Positions 7,807-19,255 of a stretch of DNA of 64,000 nucleotides are shown here, piece after piece. A program made the position numbers and the translations under genes. The stretch comes from Candidatus Poribacteria bacterium (lineage in GTDB: Bacteria; Poribacteria; WGA-4E; WGA-3G): the NCBI GenBank assembly GCA_963665235.2, contig CAXXLX010000001.1, positions 3,488,001-3,552,000 of the forward strand. Reading direction: 5' to 3'. The notes under the pieces were generated by a model that saw nothing but the letters and a program-made list of their open reading frames with translations, did not search any database and was not told the DNA's origin. How positions within the stretch are numbered: the first letter of the stretch is position 1; every line of letters begins with the position of its first letter.

Positions 7807-10298
7807 GTGGTATCATTACCCCTTATTCATCTTGTGAAAACTGTAAAAAGTCACCCACTTTTCAAAGACATCAGCATTGGTGTCCTCCTTTTGGGTATCC
7901 TATTCCTTGCCTTCTGGATACGCGTCCAAGGTGTAAAACGTTTTCCTGATGGACAATTTTCCGAAAACGATGCCTACCTCTTCCATTGGCAAGCAAAAGA
8001 GATTGCCGAGCAGGGATATCTCTCGGCACGCGACAGGCACCGCTGGCTGCCTATAGGCAGAGACAATCAGCAGATGCTGTCTCTCTATCCCTACGTTATT
8101 ATGTATACTTATAAAGCGATAGGGTGGATGTCTCCAAAGATCACGCTTTATCGCATCCAACTCTACATGCCTACCATCTGTTTTACCTTGGGGCTTGGCG
8201 TGCTGTTTCTTTTTCTTGCGCATAGCTACGGAATAGTCTTTGCAACTATCAGCACGGTGCTTTTAGCAACACTCCCGGGAAGTATAGAGCGTAGTGCCGC
8301 TGGCTTTGGCGACAGAGACGCATGGTGTTGGCTCTTCGGGGTGCTTGCTGTCACCAGCTATCTCTGGAAAGAGCAAATCCCATTAAACCCCCTGTCAAGG
8401 GCGGTAAAAATTGGCGCAGACACTTTGCAACCGCCGTCGCCGGATTCACCGTTTTTCTCGGCGGGCTCTCTTGGGAAGGTTTTGGATTTTTCGTTCTCAT
8501 CATAGTCGCCGCTGAACTTTGGAAATTCTGTACCACAGACATAGAACATTCCTTAAAGGAGTACGCCCTCTGGATACTCATGTTCGTTCCTGGCCTCTAT
8601 ATCCTTAGTCCTGTCTATCGGGGCGGGTACGGTTTTTCAACGCATGTTGCCGCACTCATGCTACTCCCTCCGCTTACGGTGTTCGTGCTGCGTGGAATGC
8701 GACATCTACTTCTTAAGTACGTTGAAAACCTCCGCCCCCATGCTCGAAAACTTGCCTGGGGATTAACGCTGCTTACCATCATAGCAGGGCTCAGCTATCT
8801 TTTCCTCCAATCTAGCATATTTGAGACAACTGCCTTTGCTTTGCGGGAGAGCCGACTCATGAAAGATGTTGGTGAGTTAGTTGACCCGCATTTCGGATAT
8901 TGGCCGGCACGATACGGTGCGGTCTTTATTTTAGGCGGTATCGGTTTGATAGGAGCGAGTCTCCATTTATGGCGATGGGAAGGATTGCCTTTAACCCTCA
9001 CCCTCGTTCTCTTTACTACAACAACCTTCTTCCGATGGCCTATCAGTAAATGGATAGGTGCTAACGTGTGTGGGACGCTTTTTTTCACTGCGCTCGTCAT
9101 TATACCTATAGCAATTGGTATTGCGTGTCTACGGCAAGAAACTGCTAAAAATGAACTTTTGACGCTCGCTATGCTTGCATGGTTTTTCTTATGGGTAGGT
9201 CTCGCGCGGGGAGGAAAACGCTATGACTTCTTCATCGGCATCCCCCTTGCCTACGGCACTGCGTGGTTGCTCTGGCTTTCCCCCGCACATCTCATACAAA
9301 AACTCAAGGACGCGAAATTTCTTTACCCCCATGTCAAAGCAAGACGTATCGCTGCGACTACTGTCATTGTTGTGTTAATACCTATTCTCTTTTGGAACCC
9401 CCTTGGTGGGCATGCAACTCGCTCTATTCACGCTGCTGCCGAGATGCAGCAACCCTCACCAGGACAAGAAGGCAGCCTTGCCCAGACATTAACGTGGATG
9501 AAAGACACACTCCCCAAAAACGCTGTTGTCGCCGCAAACTGGGGATATGGCACGCAGCTTAACGTCCTCGGAGGTGTTAAAACCATTACAGATTCGGACC
9601 ATTTTCTACCGCATTGGATACATCTCTATTACCGACACGTCTTCTGTGCACAGTCGGAACAAGAAGCTCTCTCTTTTCTCAAAACGCATGGTGCCACACA
9701 CCTCATGTTAACCAAATGGGGCGTGACATCTCAATCCAAAAACTTTTCATTCATTGGCAGCACTGCAAGCAATGATAGGCGTTTTAGACTCTATGAACTT
9801 ACCCGACGAGAGGCACCCGTTGGTGCACCCTACCAAATACGCCCTAAACAGCACGGCACTCCCGTAGCATTCGCTGACATGGTTTCAACGACACCGGTCC
9901 GTAGCCCGGGTGCCCATGCACGCATCGTGCCTGGGACACAACAAAAGCTGGGTGTCACTGCTCATCTGAAAACACATCGGAATATATTCCACGAGATTTC
10001 CATAAACACCGACAGCCCATCTCAACAAGCAGTAGATATTGGAAATGGCGGTGTGGTATTCTACTTTGATTCCAGGGCAATTTTCGACAAAGCCTATTAC
10101 GTCCCACCCATCGGCTGGAACAGTCTTGCGGTCAAACTGTTTCTGAGAGGTAAACACAGAAATGCCTTCATTCCTGTTTACCCTGAAAACGGAGATGCTG
10201 CTGCGGAGGTCAAAGTCTGGGAAATTCACTATCCCTCCTACATCAAAAAGAATTCAAAGTACTTGAGAACAGAACCAAAGCGAACAGATGAAAAATAG
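7807..10298 (+). CDS. STT3/AglB/PglB-like oligosaccharyltransferase, split by one frameshift near 8390 (start uncertain)
   Basis: ENDAY, RSAAGFGDRD (DxD), many TMs, WGYG in the WWDYG position; ORFs 7774-8505 and 8322-10298 join if the C5 run at 8388-8392 is C6. Confidence 0.8.
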
Positions 10299-10468
10299 GG
10301 ATGAAGGCAGCAATACCCAAAGACGCATAAAAATTGCCTACATTTCCCGTAACTTAGACAGTTCGCTCTCTTGCTCCAACATGAATTGATATGCCTCCAG
10401 ATTCATGTTATACTTTTTGCATGATCTAAGGAGGTATGGAAATGTCCAGTGTCTATACACCCACTCGT

Positions 10469-10630
10469 TCAGCTATCTGTGTCAAACGTGTGAACAGCAT
10501 CAACGCTCCAGATAAGCGGTCCATGAATTTCCATAGCGCGGTAGCCGATTTTCGGTGCATATTCCAAGGTTGCGGCTACCTCATCTTCAGCATAACCTCG
10601 GTAGCAGATAGAAGCACAAATAATGTCCAT
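10469..10630 (-). pseudogene. N-terminal fragment of a sugar-phosphate isomerase/epimerase (xylose-isomerase-like TIM barrel)
   Basis: Manual translation MDIICASICYRGYAEDEVAATLEYAPKIGYRAMEIHGP... then stop after 53 aa. Confidence 0.55.
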
Positions 10631-10659
10631 AAAGATAGAAATTGCAAGGAGAAGTTAAA

Positions 10660-11070
10660 ATGATTCGCCAAATTGAGATTGCTTTACCTGAATACCCGCG
10701 CGGTTTTCACCTGATTACAGATAAAATTACGGAATCGCTCGGCGCTTTGCCGGAGGCGGGTATCCTACATCTTTTCATCAAGCACACCTCGGCAGGGTTA
10801 ACTATCAACGAAAACGCCGACCCGACGGTGCGTGAGGATTTTGCCGACAGTTTCGATCAGCTCGTAAAGGAACGTGAGCCCTTCTATCGGCACACGATGG
10901 AGGGGGATGACGATATGCCGGCACATATAAAAGCGTCGCTCGTCGGGTTCACCGTATCCGTGCCGATTACTGACCATCACCTTAATTTAGGCGTATGGCA
11001 GGGCATTTACTTGTGCGAGTTTCGCAATCGGGGTGGCAGGCGAAACCTAACAGCAACGCTTTATTCTTAG
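10660..11070 (+). CDS. yjbQ: YjbQ/UPF0047 secondary thiamine-phosphate synthase
   Basis: HTSAGLTINENADPTV, DMPAHIK and LGxWQGIYLCEFR motifs. Confidence 0.9.
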   Translation: MIRQIEIALPEYPRGFHLITDKITESLGALPEAGILHLFIKHTSAGLTINENADPTVREDFADSFDQLVKEREPFYRHTMEGDDDMPAHIKASLVGFTVSVPITDHHLNLGVWQGIYLCEFRNRGGRRNLTATLYS

Positions 11071-11084
11071 CGCGGTTGCATCGG

Positions 11085-12431
11085 TTATACCCATGCCGAC
11101 TTCAGTTCATGCACCTTCAATGATGTGAGCGTAGCTGTTCCCCCCTCCGCGTAAATTCCGATATCCGCGTTGTCAAGGTCGGGGAGGAAATAGGATGTCA
11201 TTGAGAGTTCACCCGCATTGCCGAACGCCTCGATAGAGATGCGGTCCAGTAGAATCTGTAGCTGAATTTTACCATCTTGGGGTGCAAGCGGTCCGCTCCT
11301 TTCGAGGAACGTCAACTGCTTTTCAGCGGTGCTGTATCGGACATCTTGTCCGCGAATATTGAAACCTACAGCATCGGCATCGTTCAATTCTATCTCCGCT
11401 CGGATATCGAACAGTTCGCCCGTTAACCCTGCCAGCAGGTTTTCGTCGGGCTTAAGTACTAGGTTGCTCCAAGCATGCGTATAGTCGTGGATATTTTCGA
11501 TTTCCACCACCGGTTCACGGTATAAACGGATGCCGGCGGGTGTTGTTCGAAGCGTCAACACACACGGAAAACTCATCTGCTGATTGAAGGGCATTTCTGG
11601 TGGATTGCTGCCGTTCATCCATGCGATTTGGATACGGCGGCCGTCGGATTCCGGCACGTCGCTCCAGGTTTGTGCGGCGTAAAAGTTGCGCCCGAAGTCA
11701 GCTCGCTGCGATTCACCATCGGGTGTGTAGGTGGTCCCATCAAAATCCCCGACATAATATTTTCCACCTGCCCCCCAGAAAACCCATTTGGTATTTTCGG
11801 GGTCACCATCGACGGGGAGTTCAAAGATATCTGGACATTCGCCATCTGGTATCTGAATATCAGAGAGTCGTGTCCACTCCTTTAGGTTGGTTGAGCCGAA
11901 GAAGGCGAAATCGTTTCCGTCGAGGAAAAGTGTCATCACCCATTTTTGCGTGGGTTCGTGCCAAATTACCTTCGGGTCGCGGTTGCTTGCGACAATGTGT
12001 TCAATCACGGGATTGCCTTCATATTTTACCCAACTTCGTCCCCGGTCATTGCTATAAGCGATGCTCTGCGTAAACGGAACTTTTTCGGGAGCATGGCTGC
12101 CTGCGGATGTGTAAAAGTTGACGAGTACCGCCTCGTCGCCTGTCTGAAAACCGCCCGTATTGTTCCAATCCACAACGCCGGAGCCGGAGAAGATTGTGCC
12201 GAGTTCATCCGGATGGATTGCATGCGGGAGTTGTTTCCAATGAACAAGGTCAGGACTTACAGCGTGTCCCCACGTCATGTTGCCCCAGTTGATACCGAAA
12301 GGGTTGTGTTGAAAGAAGAGATGATACTCCCCTTTGTAATAAATTAATCCGTTCGGGTCGTTTGTCCAGTTGGTTTTCGGTGTGAAATGGTACTGCGGAC
12401 GATACGTTTCTTTATAAGCAGTCTGAATCAT
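11085..12431 (-). CDS. glycoside hydrolase family 32 (levanase/beta-fructosidase)
   Basis: WxNDPNG, RDP and ECPD catalytic motifs. Confidence 0.95.
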   Translation of the reverse strand: MIQTAYKETYRPQYHFTPKTNWTNDPNGLIYYKGEYHLFFQHNPFGINWGNMTWGHAVSPDLVHWKQLPHAIHPDELGTIFSGSGVVDWNNTGGFQTGDEAVLVNFYTSAGSHAPEKVPFTQSIAYSNDRGRSWVKYEGNPVIEHIVASNRDPKVIWHEPTQKWVMTLFLDGNDFAFFGSTNLKEWTRLSDIQIPDGECPDIFELPVDGDPENTKWVFWGAGGKYYVGDFDGTTYTPDGESQRADFGRNFYAAQTWSDVPESDGRRIQIAWMNGSNPPEMPFNQQMSFPCVLTLRTTPAGIRLYREPVVEIENIHDYTHAWSNLVLKPDENLLAGLTGELFDIRAEIELNDADAVGFNIRGQDVRYSTAEKQLTFLERSGPLAPQDGKIQLQILLDRISIEAFGNAGELSMTSYFLPDLDNADIGIYAEGGTATLTSLKVHELKSAWV

Positions 12432-12560
12432 TGCCTCTCCTTTTGTAAAAGTGCGCTATAAGCGCGTCCAACTTCGTTTCGTAGCCTCAAACGCCTGCTC
12501 CAAATTTGCAGCAGGGCAGGATATGGATGTCCTATCTCAATTGCGTCGATTTTTATGAGA

Positions 12561-12589
12561 ATTCTATACCTATTCCGCTATTTTGTCAA
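12561..12589 (-). promoter_or_regulatory. sigma70-like promoter for the GH32 gene
   Basis: Minus strand TTGACA-N17-TAGAAT. Confidence 0.55.
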
Positions 12590-12623
12590 GAACGTTTTTT
12601 TTCTGAAATAAAATTTTTTGCGA

Positions 12624-12660
12624 AATTATGCACCCATTTTGCCGTAATTCGCGTCACCGT
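12624..12660 (+). promoter_or_regulatory. putative ECF-type promoter motif
   Basis: AATTATGCACC...TTTT...GCGTCAC, conserved upstream of all four ECF fusion genes. Confidence 0.6.
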
Positions 12661-12700
12661 ATGTTAAATATAGATTGCTGAATTCTTCCGGAGGCTTCCC

Positions 12701-15700
12701 ATGAAAAATAACGATGTTGACCTGATAGAACGCGTCCTCTCAGGCGATGAAACGGCGTTTACCGAATTGGTGAAAAAATATCAGAAACCTGTGCATGCCC
12801 TCGCTTGGCGAAAAATAGGCGATTTTCACATCGCTGAAGAGATTACACAGGATACTTTTCTTAAAGCGTATCAACGTCTCCACACCCTCAAAGACCCGCA
12901 TCGGTTTGCGGGATGGTTATATGTCATCGCAACCCGAAGATGCCTTGCATGGTTCCGAAAAGAACGGATACAGGTCCAACCGTTAGAGAATATGGACAAT
13001 GTCCTGATACAGAGAGATGCTTATTCACAGCATGTTGCCACGGAACGCGCGAAAACTGCGAATCAGGTGCAACAGGATGTCGTCAAAAACCTACTCATGG
13101 ACCTGAAGGAGAGCGACCGAACTATCATCACCCTGCACTACTTCGGGGAGATGACGTGTGAAGAGATGAGTGAGTTCTTAGGGGTTTCTGTGAATACGGT
13201 TAAGAGTCGGCTCCGGCGTGCGCGGAACCGCTTGAAGAAGGAGGAAACGGTGATTCGCGAAGCACTTGACACCTTCAAAATCTCACCGAACCTTACCGAT
13301 ACCATTATACAAGAGGTTGCGCGACTCAAACCTGGGGCACCTGCTAGCAGCAAACCGCTGGTGCCGTGGATGCTAGCTGCCACTAGTGCTGTTTTGATTG
13401 TGTTAGTGCTCGGTATAGGCAGCCAACATCTATCGCGCTTCCAGCGACCTTATAGTCTAGACGCACAGTCTGAAATGAAGGTGGACATTATTGATGCACC
13501 TATTGTTCACGATTTTGAGGCGGAGCCGGATGCTCGACATCAGCCGGGCAAACGTTCCGATACCCCCGGCAGAGACGATGGTAATGGTGAAAAATCGAAT
13601 CAGGTTTTCGTCTCGGAGGGGGATTATACTCGGTGGAATCTACCGGAAGGCGCGAAACGGCGACTCGGCAAAGGGGTGGTGAATGATATGCAGCTATCAC
13701 CCGATGGCAAAAAGTTGGCGATTGCAAGCTCCACCGGTATCTGGTTATACGATGTTAGCACAGGTAAAGAGTCCGCGCTTCGGACAAAAAGCAGCGATTT
13801 TGCTAGATTAGTGGTCTTCTCACCGGATAGCAAAGTGCTTGTGAGTGCCGGGAGTGGCAACAAAATCCAGAGTTGGGACGTTGACAGTGGAAAACCTCTA
13901 CTAACCCTCACTGTTCCTAGGGAGCCGCTCTTCTCTCTGAAATTCTTAGCCGATGGTAAAACCCTCATGGGTCTAAATTGGCCAGACAGCGTCGATATAT
14001 ATCGGGAAGCCAATATTTGGTTTTGGGATATTACCACTGGTGCACATCTTAAAAGTTTCAATCCGGAGGCCCCCATCGTCAAAATCGCGGGGGGAATTTT
14101 GACGGGTGGACTAGGGGTGTTTGTTGACAAAATCGGGGTCGTTACTTATGCTATCGGAAATAAGAACGGCACAATTAGCATACAAAATGGGCAAACCGAT
14201 AGGGAGATTATTACGCTTGTCCCGCAGACAGATGAAACCGATTTTTTTACACTACGTCCAGCCGAAAATGTTTTTAATGTAAGAAAACCGAGAGTCCACG
14301 GTGATGATAAAACGTCTTCTCTAACATATCGTAAGGATAATCGGACACCGTTCCCTATCCAATATCAATTGGGGCCCCAAAGCCGGACAAAACATACTCT
14401 AGAGGCGCAGCCGATGCGATGGATAACAGCGCTAGATTTCGCACCAGATGGCAAAACTCTCGTGAACAGATGCGACTACATGATTGCTCAAAACGGAGGT
14501 TTGCTCAAAATCGAAGGCCCGATTGAAATTTGGGATGTTGACACCGGGGAACAACTCGCAGCACTGGACCTGGAACGTGTGTCGGATGTAAAGTGCTCTA
14601 GCGATGGGAAAACTCTCGCTATCATAGGTTATGACGGATGTGTGCTATGGGATATCCCGACCCGACAGAAAATTGGCACGTTTCCGCAGAGTATAGACGT
14701 AAGGTTTTCTGGGGATGGCAAAACTGTTTGCATTCTAAGCCAGGCTCGCTATATGATGTGGAATATCGCAGCGCGAAAAGAGCTTGCAGTGCTCAACTAC
14801 TTTGAACCTTTTCCTGAACGTTTTGTGTTATCCCATGATGGCGCAATTCTTACCACACTGGATGCAATTGGCACAGTGAATGTGTGGGAGACAGAAACGG
14901 GTAAACAGCTGCGCATTCTTACCACAGGTTGGACAAAAGAGTTCACGGCGTTGGCGTTCGCACCCGATGGCAAAACCCTCGCGAGTGGAGATAATGCCGG
15001 TAATATTCAGCTGTGGAGGACAGATACTCACACCAAACGGATGACGATTAAAGCTGGAAATAATCGCATCGACGGATTAGCTTTCGCCCCGGATAACAGG
15101 ACGCTAACCACTATGAGCAGAAATGTGCTCAAAGTATGGGATGCCGCTGTTGGGAAACAACGTGAGGTTTTCACTATACCAAACGCTACAAGTGGCGGTG
15201 GGTTTGCTACATTTATTGATGGGACAAGACTGCGGGGCAAGAGCCTCGCGCTCACGTCTAACAGTGAAAGGCTTGCTATTACGGCTATTAGAAATCCTAG
15301 AAACAATTTTATTGAGGTGTGGGATATCGCAACCGGCAAACCGCCACAACGTCTGATGAGGGTTAGAGCTGCTACACCTGGCCTACAGACCATAGCACTT
15401 ACCTCTGATGGAAATATGCTTGCGCACTATGAGGGGAATACCGTATCCTTGTGGAATGCAAACACAGGTACGCAGTTTACAAAACTTGAATTGTCAAATG
15501 ACGGTCATGCAATAGGATTCTCACCGGATGGAAAAACATTGGGAGTCGGATTAGACCGGGGAATCCAATTGTATGACGTTAAAACCCACCGACACATTGG
15601 GACGCTTGCGGCACATGAACATACCGTCTGCAAATTGGCATTTTCTCCGGATGGCACAATTCTCGCGACTGGTGATACGGGTGGCAAAATTCACTTATGG

Positions 15701-15871
15701 GACATTCCTACCCGCCGCCACCTAACTATCTATGATGGACATGGGAGTTTTATCAGTGCTTTAGCGTTTACACCTGATAGTAAAATGCTTGCAAGCATAA
15801 GCGGCGGCAGCTATTGTTACTACAATATACAGGATGGAACTATCCTCCTCTGGAACGTCCCATCTAAGTAA
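12701..15871 (+). CDS. ECF sigma-70 factor fused to TM helix and WD40 beta-propellers
   Basis: sigma2 (AEEITQDTFLKAY, FAGWLY) and sigma4 (VKSRLRRAR), one TM, many FSPDG...LWD repeats. Confidence 0.92.
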   Translation: MKNNDVDLIERVLSGDETAFTELVKKYQKPVHALAWRKIGDFHIAEEITQDTFLKAYQRLHTLKDPHRFAGWLYVIATRRCLAWFRKERIQVQPLENMDNVLIQRDAYSQHVATERAKTANQVQQDVVKNLLMDLKESDRTIITLHYFGEMTCEEMSEFLGVSVNTVKSRLRRARNRLKKEETVIREALDTFKISPNLTDTIIQEVARLKPGAPASSKPLVPWMLAATSAVLIVLVLGIGSQHLSRFQRPYSLDAQSEMKVDIIDAPIVHDFEAEPDARHQPGKRSDTPGRDDGNGEKSNQVFVSEGDYTRWNLPEGAKRRLGKGVVNDMQLSPDGKKLAIASSTGIWLYDVSTGKESALRTKSSDFARLVVFSPDSKVLVSAGSGNKIQSWDVDSGKPLLTLTVPREPLFSLKFLADGKTLMGLNWPDSVDIYREANIWFWDITTGAHLKSFNPEAPIVKIAGGILTGGLGVFVDKIGVVTYAIGNKNGTISIQNGQTDREIITLVPQTDETDFFTLRPAENVFNVRKPRVHGDDKTSSLTYRKDNRTPFPIQYQLGPQSRTKHTLEAQPMRWITALDFAPDGKTLVNRCDYMIAQNGGLLKIEGPIEIWDVDTGEQLAALDLERVSDVKCSSDGKTLAIIGYDGCVLWDIPTRQKIGTFPQSIDVRFSGDGKTVCILSQARYMMWNIAARKELAVLNYFEPFPERFVLSHDGAILTTLDAIGTVNVWETETGKQLRILTTGWTKEFTALAFAPDGKTLASGDNAGNIQLWRTDTHTKRMTIKAGNNRIDGLAFAPDNRTLTTMSRNVLKVWDAAVGKQREVFTIPNATSGGGFATFIDGTRLRGKSLALTSNSERLAITAIRNPRNNFIEVWDIATGKPPQRLMRVRAATPGLQTIALTSDGNMLAHYEGNTVSLWNANTGTQFTKLELSNDGHAIGFSPDGKTLGVGLDRGIQLYDVKTHRHIGTLAAHEHTVCKLAFSPDGTILATGDTGGKIHLWDIPTRRHLTIYDGHGSFISALAFTPDSKMLASISGGSYCYYNIQDGTILLWNVPSK

Positions 15872-15999
15872 GCACAGCCGTTAGCTCGTCTAGTCTATAT
15901 GCATTTACCTCCTACAAAAAACCTAAAATCTTGACAAACGTCCTAAATCTGATAGAATAATATCCTATCCTCCTAACCATGCAATTTGAAAAAATGCGG

Positions 16000-16036
16000 A
16001 ATTAAGCAACCGTTTTGCTGCTAACTCGCGTCACTA
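16000..16036 (+). promoter_or_regulatory. putative ECF-type promoter motif
   Basis: AATTAAGCAACC...GCGTCACTA. Confidence 0.6.
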
Positions 16037-16063
16037 TGTGTTGAAATAAATTATTGGAGGCAC

Positions 16064-19000
16064 TTGATGAAAAACAGTGATGTTGAACTGATAGAACGCG
16101 TCCTCACAGGCGATGAAGCGGCGTTTACCGCATTGGTAAAAAGATATCAGAAACCTGTGCACACGCTCGCTTGGCGGAAGGTAGGCGATTTTCATATCGC
16201 TGAAGAGATTACGCAGGATACTTTTCTCAAGGCGTATCAAAAACTACATACCTTGAAAGACCCGCATCGGTTTGCGGGATGGTTGTATGTCATCGCAACC
16301 CGCAGATGCCTCGCCTGGCAACGCAAGAAACGGATACAGACACAACCGTTGGCAGATGCCGAGACGACTCTGATTAAGCGAGATGCTTATTCTCAACATG
16401 TTGTGCAAGAACGCGCTAATATTGCGGCGCAGACACAACGTGAAACGGTCGAGAAGTTGCTCGCGAAGTTGAAAGAGAGCGAACGCACGGTGATGACGCT
16501 CCATTACCTCGGCGAAATGACTTGTGAGGAAATTAGCCGATTTTTAGGCGTATCGACAAGTACGATAAAAAGTCGACTTCGGCGTGCGCGACAACGTTTG
16601 CAAAAGGAGGAGACAATGATTAGAGAGGCACTTGAACATTTTCAGATTTCACCGACCCTGACCGATACGATAATGTGTGAGGTTGCACGCCTCAAACCGG
16701 GGGCACCTTCCGGGAGCAAGCCTTTGATGCCGTGGGCGATAACTGCTGCAAGTGCTGTTTTGCTTGTGTTTATGCTTGGCATCGGGAGTCAAAACTTACT
16801 AAGATTTCAGACCCCTTACAGTCTAGATGTGCAGGCTGATATGACAGTAGATATTATCGAGGCACCTGTTGTGCTGAACCTTGAAGTGAAACCGGATGTT
16901 CGGCGTCAGTTTGGCAATCTGAATGCGCTGGGTGAAAGCGATAATAGTGGTCAGAAACCGGATGACGTTTTATTGGCTGCTGCGCAGGCGGAAGGGGAGG
17001 ACGTTTCTGTTCCCAAACAGCAGTGGATTCAGTCAAAGCCTACTGCGGGAACTATGGTAGAAGGTTTGCTTGCAACTTCAGAGGGTGGAGCTTTACGCTC
17101 TTGCTGATAGGACATATCTACAAATTGGAAGACTGATAGTGCAAAAGAGTGGCAACACGTTTTTGATACTACTTTATTGGATACTGACTATGAAGATTGG
17201 CTGATTGGCAGTCCTATGGAAAAAGTGGGACAATACACTCTATATTGATTCCATCTAAGACCTCTTCGCTTCAAAAGATGATGGCAAAACGTGGAACTTA
17301 GTTCACTCAATGGCCGAGAGATCTTTGGTATCGCTTTATGAATTGGTGCTAACAAAACAAGCTTTTTATATCATCTTTTATATAGGTAGCGATATTTTTC
17401 GTTCTGAAGATTCTGGCAAGACATGGGAGGTCATAAATAATCCGATAGGATAGAATTTCCCAGCGAACCTAATCATATTGTCAACGGCCCAGAGACACAG
17501 TATTTGCTTTAGCAAGGACAAGATATGCCCTCTACCGCTTTACCGATGACAGTTGGCAACGTTTGGAATTTCCGGTGTCTGTTGGAAAAATCCGTTCAGT
17601 TGCAGCGGCTAAAGAGAAACTATATGTTGTGGCAGAGGCGAGTGATGATGTGTTAGATTCCGGTAAAGTATCTCAAGGGCAGGAACGTGGTTGGTGGATA
17701 TTTCGCTCGACTGACCTTGGCGATTCGTGGGATGATATAACACCAACAAACGCCTGGCCCGTAAAGGGGTTGCCGCCCCGTCTCCAACTTCTTGCAGTTG
17801 GTGATACACTTCTTGCGATGGAACATGGCATGGTTAGCTCTCCTGATAGTGGAAACACGTGGTTTACATCACAATTATCAAGGGGCCTACTCCTTTAATC
17901 CATCCTGATATAGGTCTTTAAGGCAGCAGCAGTAAACGAAGGTGTTTTTTATGTTAGTGGGAGAAACGGACTGCATCGTTCCACTGATAGTGGTAAATCA
18001 TGGAATCAGATTAATATCACTACGGATAAGAGCAAAGTAGAGACTTTAATCGCGTATAAAAGGCATGATATACCTCCAACGCTCTATGCAAGATATGAAG
18101 GACGGCTCGCAAAAACTTCCGATGAAGGCAAGTCTTGGGATGCTGTTCAAATAGAAATTCCGATGACGGACCCCGATAGAGAAAAACCACCAGATATTAC
18201 GCATATCATCAAATCTGATGGTGTTCTCTACGCAAAAGGGGGTGGCTCTTTTCACAGAAGCAAAACACACGTATATATCGCGTATCTACAGATGGTAATA
18301 TGCTTGTGCCGATTCAAGGCATGCCCATCTTCGACTCACTGGAATCATATATTAAGTCGGACGAAATATTGGATAACCGATTTAACGTGTTAGATAAATC
18401 GGTGCTTGAACAGATGCAAGAGGAGATTCCTGGCGCAACCGACCTCTTCAAACAGCTGATACAAACAGACCAGGAAAATCAGTTTAAACTTTTTAGAACA
18501 GCCCAGCGTGGTCCGTTTGCTATCAGTGGTAACACATTCTATATGGAATACAACTTATAACTATTCCGATGGACTCCCGGAGATACCGAATGGTCAGACA
18601 CCGGTATGGAGGAAACCGGTGAATTGACTCTGGACGTGGCAAGGAAAGAGCCCAAACTATCAGTGTCAGGAAACACCGTCTACATCGGCAAACGGGATGG
18701 CACCCTCCATCAATCTTTTGATAGTGGGCATACTTGGAAAGATATTCCTTTGGATTTTATGTTTGCTAAGCCTGTTGAGATTTTCAAAGCACTTGTGTTT
18801 GCGGGGCCCAAGGTATATGTAGCAACGGACATAGGTGTCGCCGCGTCAGATGATGGTAGACATTGGTATCCTCTAACCGATGCAGCAGGGACAAATCTTA
18901 CCATGGAGCACTTGGCAGTTGATGGGAACAACGGTTTATGGTGTTACCAAAGGATACAGGTATCTATCGCTTGGAAAGCGGGACTTGGGAACAGGTTGTT

Positions 19001-19102
19001 TCAGAGGTGCCTGATGACGTGACTTCTCTTGCTGTTGATGGTGACACGTTATACGTAGGCACACAAAGCAACGGTATGCTTCATTTCAATTTTGAAAAAT
19101 AG
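16064..19102 (+). pseudogene. ECF sigma-TM-BNR/Asp-box propeller fusion with multiple frameshifts (paralog of 24773-27790)
   Basis: Intact sigma and TM to ~17090, then fragments in alternating frames colinear with 24773-27790; near-identical 3' end. Confidence 0.8.
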
Positions 19103-19170
19103 CATGTTTTGTCTGGGCGGAGCGATGGGTTTCCGCCCATGTCCCTCCATAAAAATATCTCTTTTTTCGG

Positions 19171-19207
19171 AATTATGCACCACTTTTGCTGCTAACTCGC
19201 GTCACTA
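19171..19207 (+). promoter_or_regulatory. putative ECF-type promoter motif
   Basis: AATTATGCACC...GCGTCACTA. Confidence 0.6.
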
Positions 19208-19255
19208 TAGGTTGAAATAAAATTATTGGGATTATCCCTTTTCTGGAGGCACTTG

